A stretch of 11,938 nt of DNA from Promethearchaeota archaeon (GTDB lineage Archaea > Asgardarchaeota > Lokiarchaeia > Sigyniarchaeales > SOKP01): contig JABCSY010000116.1 in the NCBI GenBank assembly GCA_018238625.1, positions 1 to 11,938 on the forward strand. Reading direction: 5' to 3'. Shown here one piece after another: positions 1-7,218 of this stretch (its first letter is position 1; every line of letters starts with the position of its first letter). Made by a program: the position numbers and the translations under genes. The notes beneath the pieces are model-generated. The model saw only the letters and a list, made by a program, of their open reading frames with translations. It was not told the DNA's origin and did no database searches.

Positions 1-1104
1 ATTATCTTTCAGCACAATTTTTTGATAGCAACAATCTTTCTTATCAGATTTTTTTAAGATTTCCCACCCCGCCCCTTCTTCTTTCTTAGGGTCAATATTG
101 CCAATCGAAGTTAGTTCTAACCCTACGATTTTAAGAGTGTTTTTAGGCGTAGTTCCTTCGTATTCAACTTTTTTCAATTCGAGAACTGAAGCGGCTACAA
201 TTTTGGATTGCTCCATACAAGCGGGTATTATCCCCCAGACTTGGTCTTTATATTGGACGCAATCTCCAACGGCGTAAATGTCTTTTTCGCTTGTTTCTAA
301 AAATTCGTTAATGATTATCCCCCGATCCGTTTTGATATTAGCGCTTTTAGCCAAATCTATAATAGGTCGAATCCCCGCTTGAATTAACACTATATCAGAA
401 TCGAACTTTCTCCCATCTTTTAATTTTATGCCATTCACCATTCCATCTCCTAAAATTTCTTCAGTTGCGGCGTTTAATATTACTTTAATTCCTCTACTTT
501 CAATCTCATCCTTTAGCATGGTACCACATTCTTCATCTAGCTGTCTCGGTAACAGTCGAGGGAAAAATTCGACGACGGTCGTATCTAAGTTACAATCGCT
601 GATCTGACTTGCTAATTCTAAACCTAAAAGACCCCCTCCAATTACAATAGCTTTCTTTACAGCAAATTTTTCAATGTAATCTCTGATCTTTAATGCGTCG
701 TCTATAGTCCGTAAAGTGAAAACTCCTTTATTGTCATCCTTCATTTCTCTTGCATTTTTAATAGGTGGAATATTTGGAGTGCTTCCTAAAGCAAGGATCA
801 GCTTATCATATATTACAGGTTCAAAATTCTTCTCAAAAAGGATAGTTTTATTCTTTGGATCGATGTTCACTGCTTTTTTATTCAAATATAACTTCAAATT
901 TTTGTTGTTGTACCATTCTTCGTCGAAAACGATTAAATCTTTGGCTTTAATCTTCCCGGGTATTAATTCTGGAAGATGTACCCTCGAATAATAAGGATAA
1001 TTTTCTTGAGTAAAAATATCAATTTCTACTTCATTGTTGAGAAATCTAATGTTTTGAGCAGAAAAAGTTCCAGCAACATTATTTCCCAATATGACAACTT
1101 TCAT
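1..1104 (-). CDS. NAD(P)/FAD-dependent pyridine nucleotide-disulfide oxidoreductase family protein (NADH:rubredoxin oxidoreductase / NirB-N-like), 3' end beyond the window
   Basis: Not in the ORF track; translated by hand from ATG at 1104-1102 and open to base 1. Motifs: MKVVILGNNVAG (FAD site), YPYYSRVHL, YDKLILALGS, GVFTLRTIDDA, KAIVIGGGLLGLE (NAD site), LLPRQLD, TSEKDIYAVGDC, NTLKIVG. Confidence 0.93.
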   Translation of the reverse strand, partial: MKVVILGNNVAGTFSAQNIRFLNNEVEIDIFTQENYPYYSRVHLPELIPGKIKAKDLIVFDEEWYNNKNLKLYLNKKAVNIDPKNKTILFEKNFEPVIYDKLILALGSTPNIPPIKNAREMKDDNKGVFTLRTIDDALKIRDYIEKFAVKKAIVIGGGLLGLELASQISDCNLDTTVVEFFPRLLPRQLDEECGTMLKDEIESRGIKVILNAATEEILGDGMVNGIKLKDGRKFDSDIVLIQAGIRPIIDLAKSANIKTDRGIIINEFLETSEKDIYAVGDCVQYKDQVWGIIPACMEQSKIVAASVLELKKVEYEGTTPKNTLKIVGLELTSIGNIDPKKEEGAGWEILKKSDKKDCCYQKIVLKDN

Positions 1105-1174
1105 AAGTTAATTAGCTTTGTGATCTTATTTTAAAGTTTTTATTATGAATATTAACAGCAGAATTACCATTAAT

Positions 1175-1200
1175 GAACATGTTCGAATTCAAAATTATAT
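1175..1200 (+). promoter_or_regulatory. Perfect palindrome GAACATGTTC (1175-1184) followed by a candidate TATA box TTATAT (1195-1200)
   Basis: Lies in the divergent intergenic region 1105-1223. The TATA-like element ends 23 nt before ATG 1224, which fits a leaderless archaeal transcript. The operator role is inferred. Confidence 0.4.
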
Positions 1201-1223
1201 TTCATTTTACATTTTTGCTAATT

Positions 1224-2060
1224 ATGACTGAAACAGAACATCAAAGAATTTTAAGAAAAATAATTAAAATCGATGAAGACTTGTGTACAGGGTGTGGACA
1301 ATGCGTTATAGGCTGCGCTGAGGGCGCGCTCGCAATAATAGACGGCAAAGCTAAAGTTGTAAACGAGGTTTTTTGCGATGGTTTAGGTGCTTGCATAGGA
1401 GACTGCCCTGAAGGAGCTCTTGAGATTATTGAAAGAGAAGCGTTAGAATTCGACGAAGAAGAAGTTGAGAAACATTTAGAATCTTTGTCGCAAAAAGAGG
1501 AGGAAAAATTAAATCTAGCGAAGCAAATTGTTGCCGAACATTCCCACCAATGCGGCTGTACTTCTACTCAAGAAGGGTCTGAAATAACACTTGAAAATCA
1601 TGTATGCAGTTGTGCTTCTAGTGAAACAATGGTATTTGACGAACCAGATGAACAGACCGTTGTAACTGGAGAGAATCCCACCACATTAAGACAGTGGCCC
1701 GTTCAAATGCATTTAATAAATCCAGCAGCCCCATACTTTCAAGGGGCAGATGTGATACTAACAGCTGACTGTGTTGCTTATGCTCTTGGTGATTACCATA
1801 ACAAATATTTAAAAGACCATTCCATAGCAATCGCTTGTCCTAAACTCGACCAAGGAAGAGAAATTTACATCGAAAAGATTAGAGCTTGGTTTGACGAAGC
1901 AAAAATAAACACCCTAACAGTTATGAGGATGCAAATCCCTTGTTGTGGTGGTTTACTAGGGTTAGCTCAAGAGGCTGCAAAAAGAGCGAAAAGAAAGGTA
2001 CCGATAAAGTATATAATAGTAAGCGTTGAAGGGACAATTTTTAAGGAAGAATGGGTGTGA
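1224..2060 (+). CDS. 2x[4Fe-4S] ferredoxin-domain protein with a conserved Cys-containing C-terminal domain
   Basis: N-terminal CTGCGQCVIGC and CDGLGACIGDCP motifs. C-terminal LRQWPVQ, TADCVAY, IACPKLD and MQIPCCGGL are typical of an anaerobe Fe-S protein family. ATG 1224 is preferred over 1173 because the extra 17 codons are T-rich and overlap the TATA-like element. Confidence 0.88.
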   Translation: MTETEHQRILRKIIKIDEDLCTGCGQCVIGCAEGALAIIDGKAKVVNEVFCDGLGACIGDCPEGALEIIEREALEFDEEEVEKHLESLSQKEEEKLNLAKQIVAEHSHQCGCTSTQEGSEITLENHVCSCASSETMVFDEPDEQTVVTGENPTTLRQWPVQMHLINPAAPYFQGADVILTADCVAYALGDYHNKYLKDHSIAIACPKLDQGREIYIEKIRAWFDEAKINTLTVMRMQIPCCGGLLGLAQEAAKRAKRKVPIKYIIVSVEGTIFKEEWV

Positions 2061-2063
2061 ATA

Positions 2064-2089
2064 TATTTTTTATTTTCTTAACTTTTTTT
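2064..2089 (+). terminator. Oligo-T archaeal terminator candidate
   Basis: T-runs directly after the TGA at 2058-2060, between convergent genes. Confidence 0.45.
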
Positions 2090-2109
2090 GCCAATATTGA
2101 GTTTCTCGT

Positions 2110-2763
2110 TTAGGTTTCAATTATTACTTTCTTTTTAATTATCTTTCTTAACATAACAGATAAAGCTGACTTTGATTTTCCTAGCTCGTTAGCTAACGCT
2201 TCTAAAGATATTTTTCTAGGGATTTCAAAAAATCCATAGGATATTGCTTTATCCAACACATTGGATTCGTTAAAAGTTAGCTTATTTTTATTGTCGTCAA
2301 GAATATATGGAGAATTGCCAATTTTAAGGAGAGTAAAATTTACTGATTTCTGTTCAAAAAGAGTTAACAGCTCATCTATCCTTTCTCTAGTCGATACAAG
2401 CCTCCAGAAGGCGTATCCGTCTCTTACTCGCACGGGGAAATTAACTAAAACTCCACATTTAATTATAGCATCTAATAAAAATGGGTCCTTTGTTTTTACG
2501 TTAAACTTAACTCTATTCTCTTCCTTTTCCAAAATGCTAAAATCAAAAACAGATTTATGGTTTTTAACCTCGTCTATTAATAAATCTATATTATAATGAA
2601 AAATTTCAATAATAGAATTTCCAATCGAATTTTCAAAATCGTAAGGAAGAAAATATTCGATCTCCATTCGAATTTCGCGGAATTTCTTGAAAATGTGCGA
2701 AATCCATATCTGATCTGGAAACTTAATTTTGATCCGTGCTAAGCACGATTTGTGAGAATCCAT
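2110..2763 (-). CDS. Archaeal transcriptional regulator with C-terminal HTH_10 (bacterio-opsin activator-type) domain
   Basis: C-terminal LTFNESNVLDKAISYGFFEIPRKISLEALANELGKSKSALSVMLRK matches the HTH_10 pattern LT..Q..L..A...GY/FF..PR...L..LA..LG.S. The 217-aa size is typical. Confidence 0.9.
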   Translation of the reverse strand: MDSHKSCLARIKIKFPDQIWISHIFKKFREIRMEIEYFLPYDFENSIGNSIIEIFHYNIDLLIDEVKNHKSVFDFSILEKEENRVKFNVKTKDPFLLDAIIKCGVLVNFPVRVRDGYAFWRLVSTRERIDELLTLFEQKSVNFTLLKIGNSPYILDDNKNKLTFNESNVLDKAISYGFFEIPRKISLEALANELGKSKSALSVMLRKIIKKKVIIET

Positions 2764-2857
2764 AAAATCAATTATTAGTAGTTAAGTAGAATTTAAAACA
2801 TTTGTTAGAATAAAAATGATTAACAATAAATAAAGGAAGAAATTTGTAATATTAATT

Positions 2858-3457
2858 ATGGTGGAGAATAAGAACCTACTGTTGGGAATCTGTGGAAGCC
2901 CCAGAAAACAAGGAACAGATTTTGCTGTTCAGTACGCACTAAAGTACGCTGCAGAAAAATTTAGTTTTGACACTGAGTATTGGACAGTGAGGGGAAAAGA
3001 AATCAAATTTTGTATACATTGCAATTATTGCGTTAGAGAAAAAAAAGGATGCATTCATAAAGATGACGTTCAAGACCTTTATCCTAAATTAGAAGAAGCT
3101 AAATTTTTATTATTCGGAACTCCTGTATTTCAAGGAAACCTTTCGGGGCAATTAAAAACAATATTAGATCGTTGTCGTGGATTAGTCGCTAAAAATCCGA
3201 ATGTATTTAAAGGAAAATATGGTACAGCTCTTGCAGTAGGCGGTGATCGAAGCGGAGGGCAAGAAATTGCGATAAGAAGCATTCTAGATTTCTACCAACA
3301 AAATCACGTGGTTTCCGTATCAGGTGGCGCATTCGGAGCGAATTTGGGCGCTTCATTATGGAGTAACGATAAGGGTAAGGAAGGAGTTCAAAACGATGAA
3401 GAAGGGTTAAGAACAATTAGAAAAGTTATAAAAAGATTAGCAGAGCTTAAAAAATAA
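2858..3457 (+). CDS. Iron-sulfur flavoprotein (Isf-like; NADPH-dependent FMN reductase / flavodoxin-like family)
   Basis: GSPRKQGT FMN loop, compact CX2CX2CX6C (CIHCNYCVREKKGC), GTPVF, LKTILDR, VGGDRSGGQE. Confidence 0.92.
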   Translation: MVENKNLLLGICGSPRKQGTDFAVQYALKYAAEKFSFDTEYWTVRGKEIKFCIHCNYCVREKKGCIHKDDVQDLYPKLEEAKFLLFGTPVFQGNLSGQLKTILDRCRGLVAKNPNVFKGKYGTALAVGGDRSGGQEIAIRSILDFYQQNHVVSVSGGAFGANLGASLWSNDKGKEGVQNDEEGLRTIRKVIKRLAELKK

Positions 3458-3504
3458 AAAAGGTTGCCTTAGATTTAAAAAAATAAAATTAAAAAAATAT
3501 ACAA

Positions 3505-3801
3505 TTATTTAACTCCAAATAATTTCTTAGCTTCTTTTTCTCTAAGCCCAGAAATGCCCCAGAGTTCTTTGAACCAATATTTTCCATTCATTATTACAAC
3601 AGGCGTATTTACAATGCACCCATCGGCGTCACAGAAAGTTTTTAGAAAATTCTCGTCGTGTGTTAGCTGGTGAACGAATTCTTCGTCGTTTATATCTCGT
3701 TCAATGTATTTAACATCGTATTTTTTTAACCAATCAACTAATTCATGACACCTGGAACAGTCTTCTTTTGTAATAACAATTGGTATTTGCATTTTACTCA
3801 T
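3505..3801 (-). CDS. Glutaredoxin/NrdH-like thioredoxin-fold protein
   Basis: ITKEDCSRC active site, YIERDI strand, cis-Pro-type TPVVIMNGK. It carries an extra CDADGC insert. Confidence 0.82.
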   Translation of the reverse strand: MSKMQIPIVITKEDCSRCHELVDWLKKYDVKYIERDINDEEFVHQLTHDENFLKTFCDADGCIVNTPVVIMNGKYWFKELWGISGLREKEAKKLFGVK

Positions 3802-3971
3802 AATATTTATAAAATACGCACCCCAAATAAAAAAAGTTCACCTTCTAATCTATAAATTAAATAAGGGGATATATGATAACAAATCGGATTTCCACGAAGA
3901 TTTTTTATAAATTATATTGCATTATCAAAATGTAAAATAATAATGAATAAAATGTATTTGGATGTGATTAT

Positions 3972-4418
3972 ATGTTAAGATTGAAAAAATCAAATGTAGT
4001 AAAAAAAGTGAAGAGCGCGCATTTTATCGGTAGACAATTATCTCGATTGAAATTAGGTCAATCTTATTACGCGATTGTTGTATCCAGCGTGAGTGCGATT
4101 TCATTGATCTCTTTAGCTTTTGAGATAACATTCTGGATGTTAATATTAGCGTTTCCGATTTTATTACTTAGCACATTCGTAATTGGTTATTTTATGGATA
4201 TATATAACATTAACACTATGGATAAACTAAAAGCAAATGAAATAGGTAATCGGTATCTTACTACGAGCGATATGAAGGGCCAAGAATTTCAACTTTTACA
4301 AACAGAAATCGTACTTGAAGCGTTAAAGGCTATACAAGAAGAGCGTCAATTGGATCCTAAAGATTTATTAAAAAAGTATGACCTTTATTTTAGAAAGTGG
4401 AAATCACCCTACAAATGA
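3972..4418 (+). CDS. Hypothetical membrane protein (about 2 TM helices) with a soluble C-terminal region
   Basis: Hydrophobic stretches YYAIVVSSVSAISLISLAF and FWMLILAFPILLLSTFVIGYF, with a basic N-terminus. No family recognised. Confidence 0.7.
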   Translation: MLRLKKSNVVKKVKSAHFIGRQLSRLKLGQSYYAIVVSSVSAISLISLAFEITFWMLILAFPILLLSTFVIGYFMDIYNINTMDKLKANEIGNRYLTTSDMKGQEFQLLQTEIVLEALKAIQEERQLDPKDLLKKYDLYFRKWKSPYK

Positions 4419-4459
4419 GAAAAGCTAAGCGTTAGATTAGTAATTTTACGAGTGAATTT

Positions 4460-5503
4460 TTAAATTATTTGTTTCAGCAACCAGCGAATTGCTTCGATAA
4501 TTTTTTCGTTCTCGCTAAGAACATTTATGGAGAAATACTGCATAAGAAGTCCACACTCTGCTAATTCATCCATGTCAAAATTCTCGTAAATCAAATCGGG
4601 AGTAATTTCTTCTTTATCCTGAAATTTGTTGCCAATAATGAGTATAGGCATAAAATATTCCTTATCCAAACATCTGTTTAAGACTAATCGAAACATTTCG
4701 ATAGTCTCTTTGAACGAGTCTTTATTGGAAGCGTTAAATATTAAAATGAAGCCTTGAGCATTATCCAAACAATCTTCATATAACTTTACAATTTTTCCAT
4801 TTGTATCATTTTCAATACATTCATAAGTTAAGATTTCGATGTTATCGATTAAAAAGTCATAAATTTTATTGGCTAAATCTCTTTTCATACCGTTGTTCTT
4901 ATATTGAAGGAATTGCGTAACCTCTAAATTCTTTACGAAAGTGGTCTTTCCTGCATTTTCGGGACCAAAAATGTAAACTTTCTTTAAATCTTCTTTAGCT
5001 AATAAATGAGAAGTTATACTTATTTGCGGAGTCATTTTTTCAAGATAGCCGTTAAAAATGTTTAAGAAATTTTTTTTAAATTTTTTCGAAGCTAAACTCA
5101 GTGTATTTTTTTGATTTGTTCGATTTTTGTGACTGTGAAGAAGTTCTGTAAGGCCATCAAAATTTTTAAGCTCAGAAGCAAACATTTCGAGATCTGGAGT
5201 TTTAGACAGCAGATAATTGTAAACATCAGTAATTTCATCTTTGAAATAAGCAGCTCTAATTAAATATGTAATCATCAGCATTTCTTTTCCACCTCGAGCG
5301 TATTCTGAATCGATGTAAAAAATATGGTTTATCGTCTGAAACTTTCTGAAAGTAAACACAAAATTTCCCTCTTCATCAGAAAATTCCAGAATTCGCCCTA
5401 AATCAGGGTGTTCTTTAGTTTTTAACGTGGAATTACAATAAAGCGTATTTGGTCCGAGAATAGTATCAAAATACGACACGCAAAGGATGGAATCTTTAGA
5501 CAT
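4460..5503 (-). CDS. Longin/uDENN-like N-terminal domain fused to a divergent Ras-superfamily small GTPase domain
   Basis: N-terminal ILCVSYFDTILGP and HIFYIDSEYARGG motifs. C-terminal P-loop KVYIFGPENAGKTT (G180-T188), AQGFILIFNASNKDSF, PILIIGNKFQD (G4-like) and final helix IIEAIRWLL. Confidence 0.82.
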   Translation of the reverse strand: MSKDSILCVSYFDTILGPNTLYCNSTLKTKEHPDLGRILEFSDEEGNFVFTFRKFQTINHIFYIDSEYARGGKEMLMITYLIRAAYFKDEITDVYNYLLSKTPDLEMFASELKNFDGLTELLHSHKNRTNQKNTLSLASKKFKKNFLNIFNGYLEKMTPQISITSHLLAKEDLKKVYIFGPENAGKTTFVKNLEVTQFLQYKNNGMKRDLANKIYDFLIDNIEILTYECIENDTNGKIVKLYEDCLDNAQGFILIFNASNKDSFKETIEMFRLVLNRCLDKEYFMPILIIGNKFQDKEEITPDLIYENFDMDELAECGLLMQYFSINVLSENEKIIEAIRWLLKQII

Positions 5504-5669
5504 GGCAATAAAAAAGTAATTATTTCTTACTTAAAATATATTAAAGGCACAATTAGTTTTATATCAAATGATTTTAATCTAAAAATTCAAATAAAATAAC
5601 TATTTTCAGAAACAAATTTAATAATTTATAAAAATCAAACTTTAATGTGCGTACCATCTTTCTTACTTA

Positions 5670-6134
5670 ATGAATTCTAATACTTCTAAAGATAGAGATA
5701 ATGAATACGATCTCGCTATGAAAAACTTATTTCATGGAGAGATTATGGAACGCGCATCTGCTGCTAGACTTATTGGGCGTTTTAAAGATGGTAGAGCTAC
5801 AAATTTATTGGCGAGAGCTTTAAGATTAGAAAAAGAACCTATTGTCGTAAACAGGATAATTGAAGCAATGGGGGAAATTAAAAACGCGAAAGCTACTTTG
5901 CGAATTGTAGAGTTGTTAAAAAAAGAACTCGAAAAACCAGAAGACGAGCAGGATAAAAAGCGTTTATTTTTAATTGTTGAAAGTTTGATGAAGATTGGAG
6001 ATAAGAGGGCTTTAGAACATTTAGGCATCTTGTTATCTTCGTGTGATAGCGATATAAGAAAGCTCACAGAAAGTGCTTACGAGTGTATAGACCCAAATTG
6101 GAAAGTAAACTTAGCAAAAAGTAATAAAATCTAA
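5670..6134 (+). CDS. HEAT-repeat (PBS lyase-like) protein
   Basis: Repeated helical units: RASAARLIGRFKDGRATNLL, IIEAMGEIKNAKATLRI, IVESLMKIGDKRALEHL. Confidence 0.85.
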   Translation: MNSNTSKDRDNEYDLAMKNLFHGEIMERASAARLIGRFKDGRATNLLARALRLEKEPIVVNRIIEAMGEIKNAKATLRIVELLKKELEKPEDEQDKKRLFLIVESLMKIGDKRALEHLGILLSSCDSDIRKLTESAYECIDPNWKVNLAKSNKI

Positions 6135-6181
6135 TTAATATAATTCAAAATTATTAATCAAAAAAATATAAGGCGAAAAAA

Positions 6182-6499
6182 ATGTTCCCAGAATTTATAG
6201 AAAAACTTGCGCAAGAAGTTGATGGGGCAGACAATGCTCACGATGTAATGCTATTTACGCTATCAACTTGTATGTGGTGCAAGAAATGCAAGGCTCTTTT
6301 AAAAGACAAGAATGTGAAGTATCGATACGTCGATCTTGATAAAATCGATTCAGGCGAAAAAATAAAGCTATTAAAATACGTAAGAGAGAAATACAAACCA
6401 GACAGAATAGCCTATCCCTTTCTCGTATGCGACGATAAATTTGTTATTGGATACGATCCAAAGAAATACGAAGAATTATTGAAACCCGGAGGAAATTAA
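6182..6499 (+). CDS. Glutaredoxin/NrdH-like protein, probable partner of the adjacent FTR
   Basis: LFTLSTCMWCKKC, YRYVDLD, IAYPFLV (cis-Pro), VIGYD. Its stop lies 1 nt before the FTR start. Confidence 0.9.
   Translation: MFPEFIEKLAQEVDGADNAHDVMLFTLSTCMWCKKCKALLKDKNVKYRYVDLDKIDSGEKIKLLKYVREKYKPDRIAYPFLVCDDKFVIGYDPKKYEELLKPGGN
6488..6492 (+). promoter_or_regulatory. Ribosome-binding site GGAGG for the FTR gene
   Basis: GGAGG sits 8 nt before ATG 6501, inside the end of the glutaredoxin gene, suggesting translational coupling. Confidence 0.6.
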
Positions 6500-6500
6500 G

Positions 6501-6866
6501 ATGGACATGGAAACAAAAGAAGGAATGAAAGAGTACGTAAAGATTGTCAGTCAAAAAAATGATTGGATTTTAAATAAAGATCAAGTTACATTTGATAATT
6601 TAATCGATGGCTTAGTTGAAAATAAGAAAAGTCACGACTATCAATCTTGCCCCTGTCGTCTGGCTTCAGGTAATAGAGAGTTGGATAGAGATCTAATTTG
6701 CCCATGTGAATACGCTCCTAATGATGTGAAGGAATTTGGCGCTTGTTATTGCAACTTGTATCTACGCTCAGATTTTTACGAAACAATAAATGAAGAGTTT
6801 GTGGTCGTTCCGGAAAGGAGACCTCTTGAAAAAGAGAACGCCGTTTTAGAATACTTTAATAAATAA
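6501..6866 (+). CDS. Ferredoxin:thioredoxin reductase catalytic-subunit-like protein (FTR/FDR)
   Basis: Diagnostic SCPCRL, LICPC and GACYCNLY motifs plus VPERRP tail. It has CYC rather than the plant-type CHC and no C-terminal rubredoxin domain. Confidence 0.95.
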   Translation: MDMETKEGMKEYVKIVSQKNDWILNKDQVTFDNLIDGLVENKKSHDYQSCPCRLASGNRELDRDLICPCEYAPNDVKEFGACYCNLYLRSDFYETINEEFVVVPERRPLEKENAVLEYFNK

Positions 6867-6882
6867 ACTATACTAGTTTTAA

Positions 6883-6900
6883 CTTTTTTTCTTTCTTTTT
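6883..6900 (+). terminator. Oligo-T terminator candidate after FTR
   Basis: ctttttttctttcttttt begins about 17 nt after the stop. Confidence 0.55.
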
Positions 6901-6983
6901 GTGTTAAACATAGCGATTTATATTTAACAAATCAATTTTTTATAAATAAAATCCTTAAATAATTCGGGTTCTCTTTATACTAT

Positions 6984-7139
6984 ATGTTAAATAAAGAAAA
7001 AACGGATGAAGAATTAGAAGACGAATTAGATAAAGCCTTTAAAGAAAGCGAACCTAAAAGAGACAACTGCGGAACGGCGATTCCGGCAAGTAAAGAAGTA
7101 GGAATCCAAAGAACTGATGTGAAAGTTAAAAAAGAATAA
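6984..7139 (+). CDS. Small 51-aa charged protein with a single Cys (not in the ORF track)
   Basis: MLNKEKTDEELEDELDKAFKESEPKRDNCGTAIPASKEVGIQRTDVKVKKE*. It is purine-rich with GAA/AAA codon use like its neighbours, more GC-rich than the flanks, and has TATA-like elements upstream (TTTATAAATA 6939-6948; CTTAAATA 6954-6961). Confidence 0.68.
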   Translation: MLNKEKTDEELEDELDKAFKESEPKRDNCGTAIPASKEVGIQRTDVKVKKE

Positions 7140-7218
7140 TTCAACAGCAAAATACTCATCCAAAGCTTATAAACTTTAAACCACATTTTAAATAAAGATT
7201 CTCAATTTCAATTATTAG

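Noticed and set aside
716-991. 91-aa + strand ORF
   Set aside because: Antisense shadow of the oxidoreductase at 1..1104 (-).
1173-1223. Longer start (ATG 1173) for the Fe-S protein
   Set aside because: The extra 17 codons are F/I/L-rich translation of T-rich promoter DNA containing the palindrome and TATA-like box.
1618-3416. Track ORFs 1618..1830 (-), 2261..2596 (+), 3207..3416 (-)
   Set aside because: Each lies wholly antisense within a well-supported gene and has no recognisable motifs.
5732-6067. 111-aa - strand ORF
   Set aside because: Ser/Phe/Ile-rich antisense shadow of the HEAT gene.
6984-7139. RiPP precursor interpretation of the 51-aa ORF
   Set aside because: No radical SAM (CxxxCxxC), YcaO, lanthipeptide synthetase, peptidase or transporter gene in the window.
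6980-7186. 68-aa - strand hydrophobic ORF
   Set aside because: Its L/S/F-rich composition is the mirror of the E/K-rich + strand ORF 6984..7139, which fits local orientation and codon usage better.
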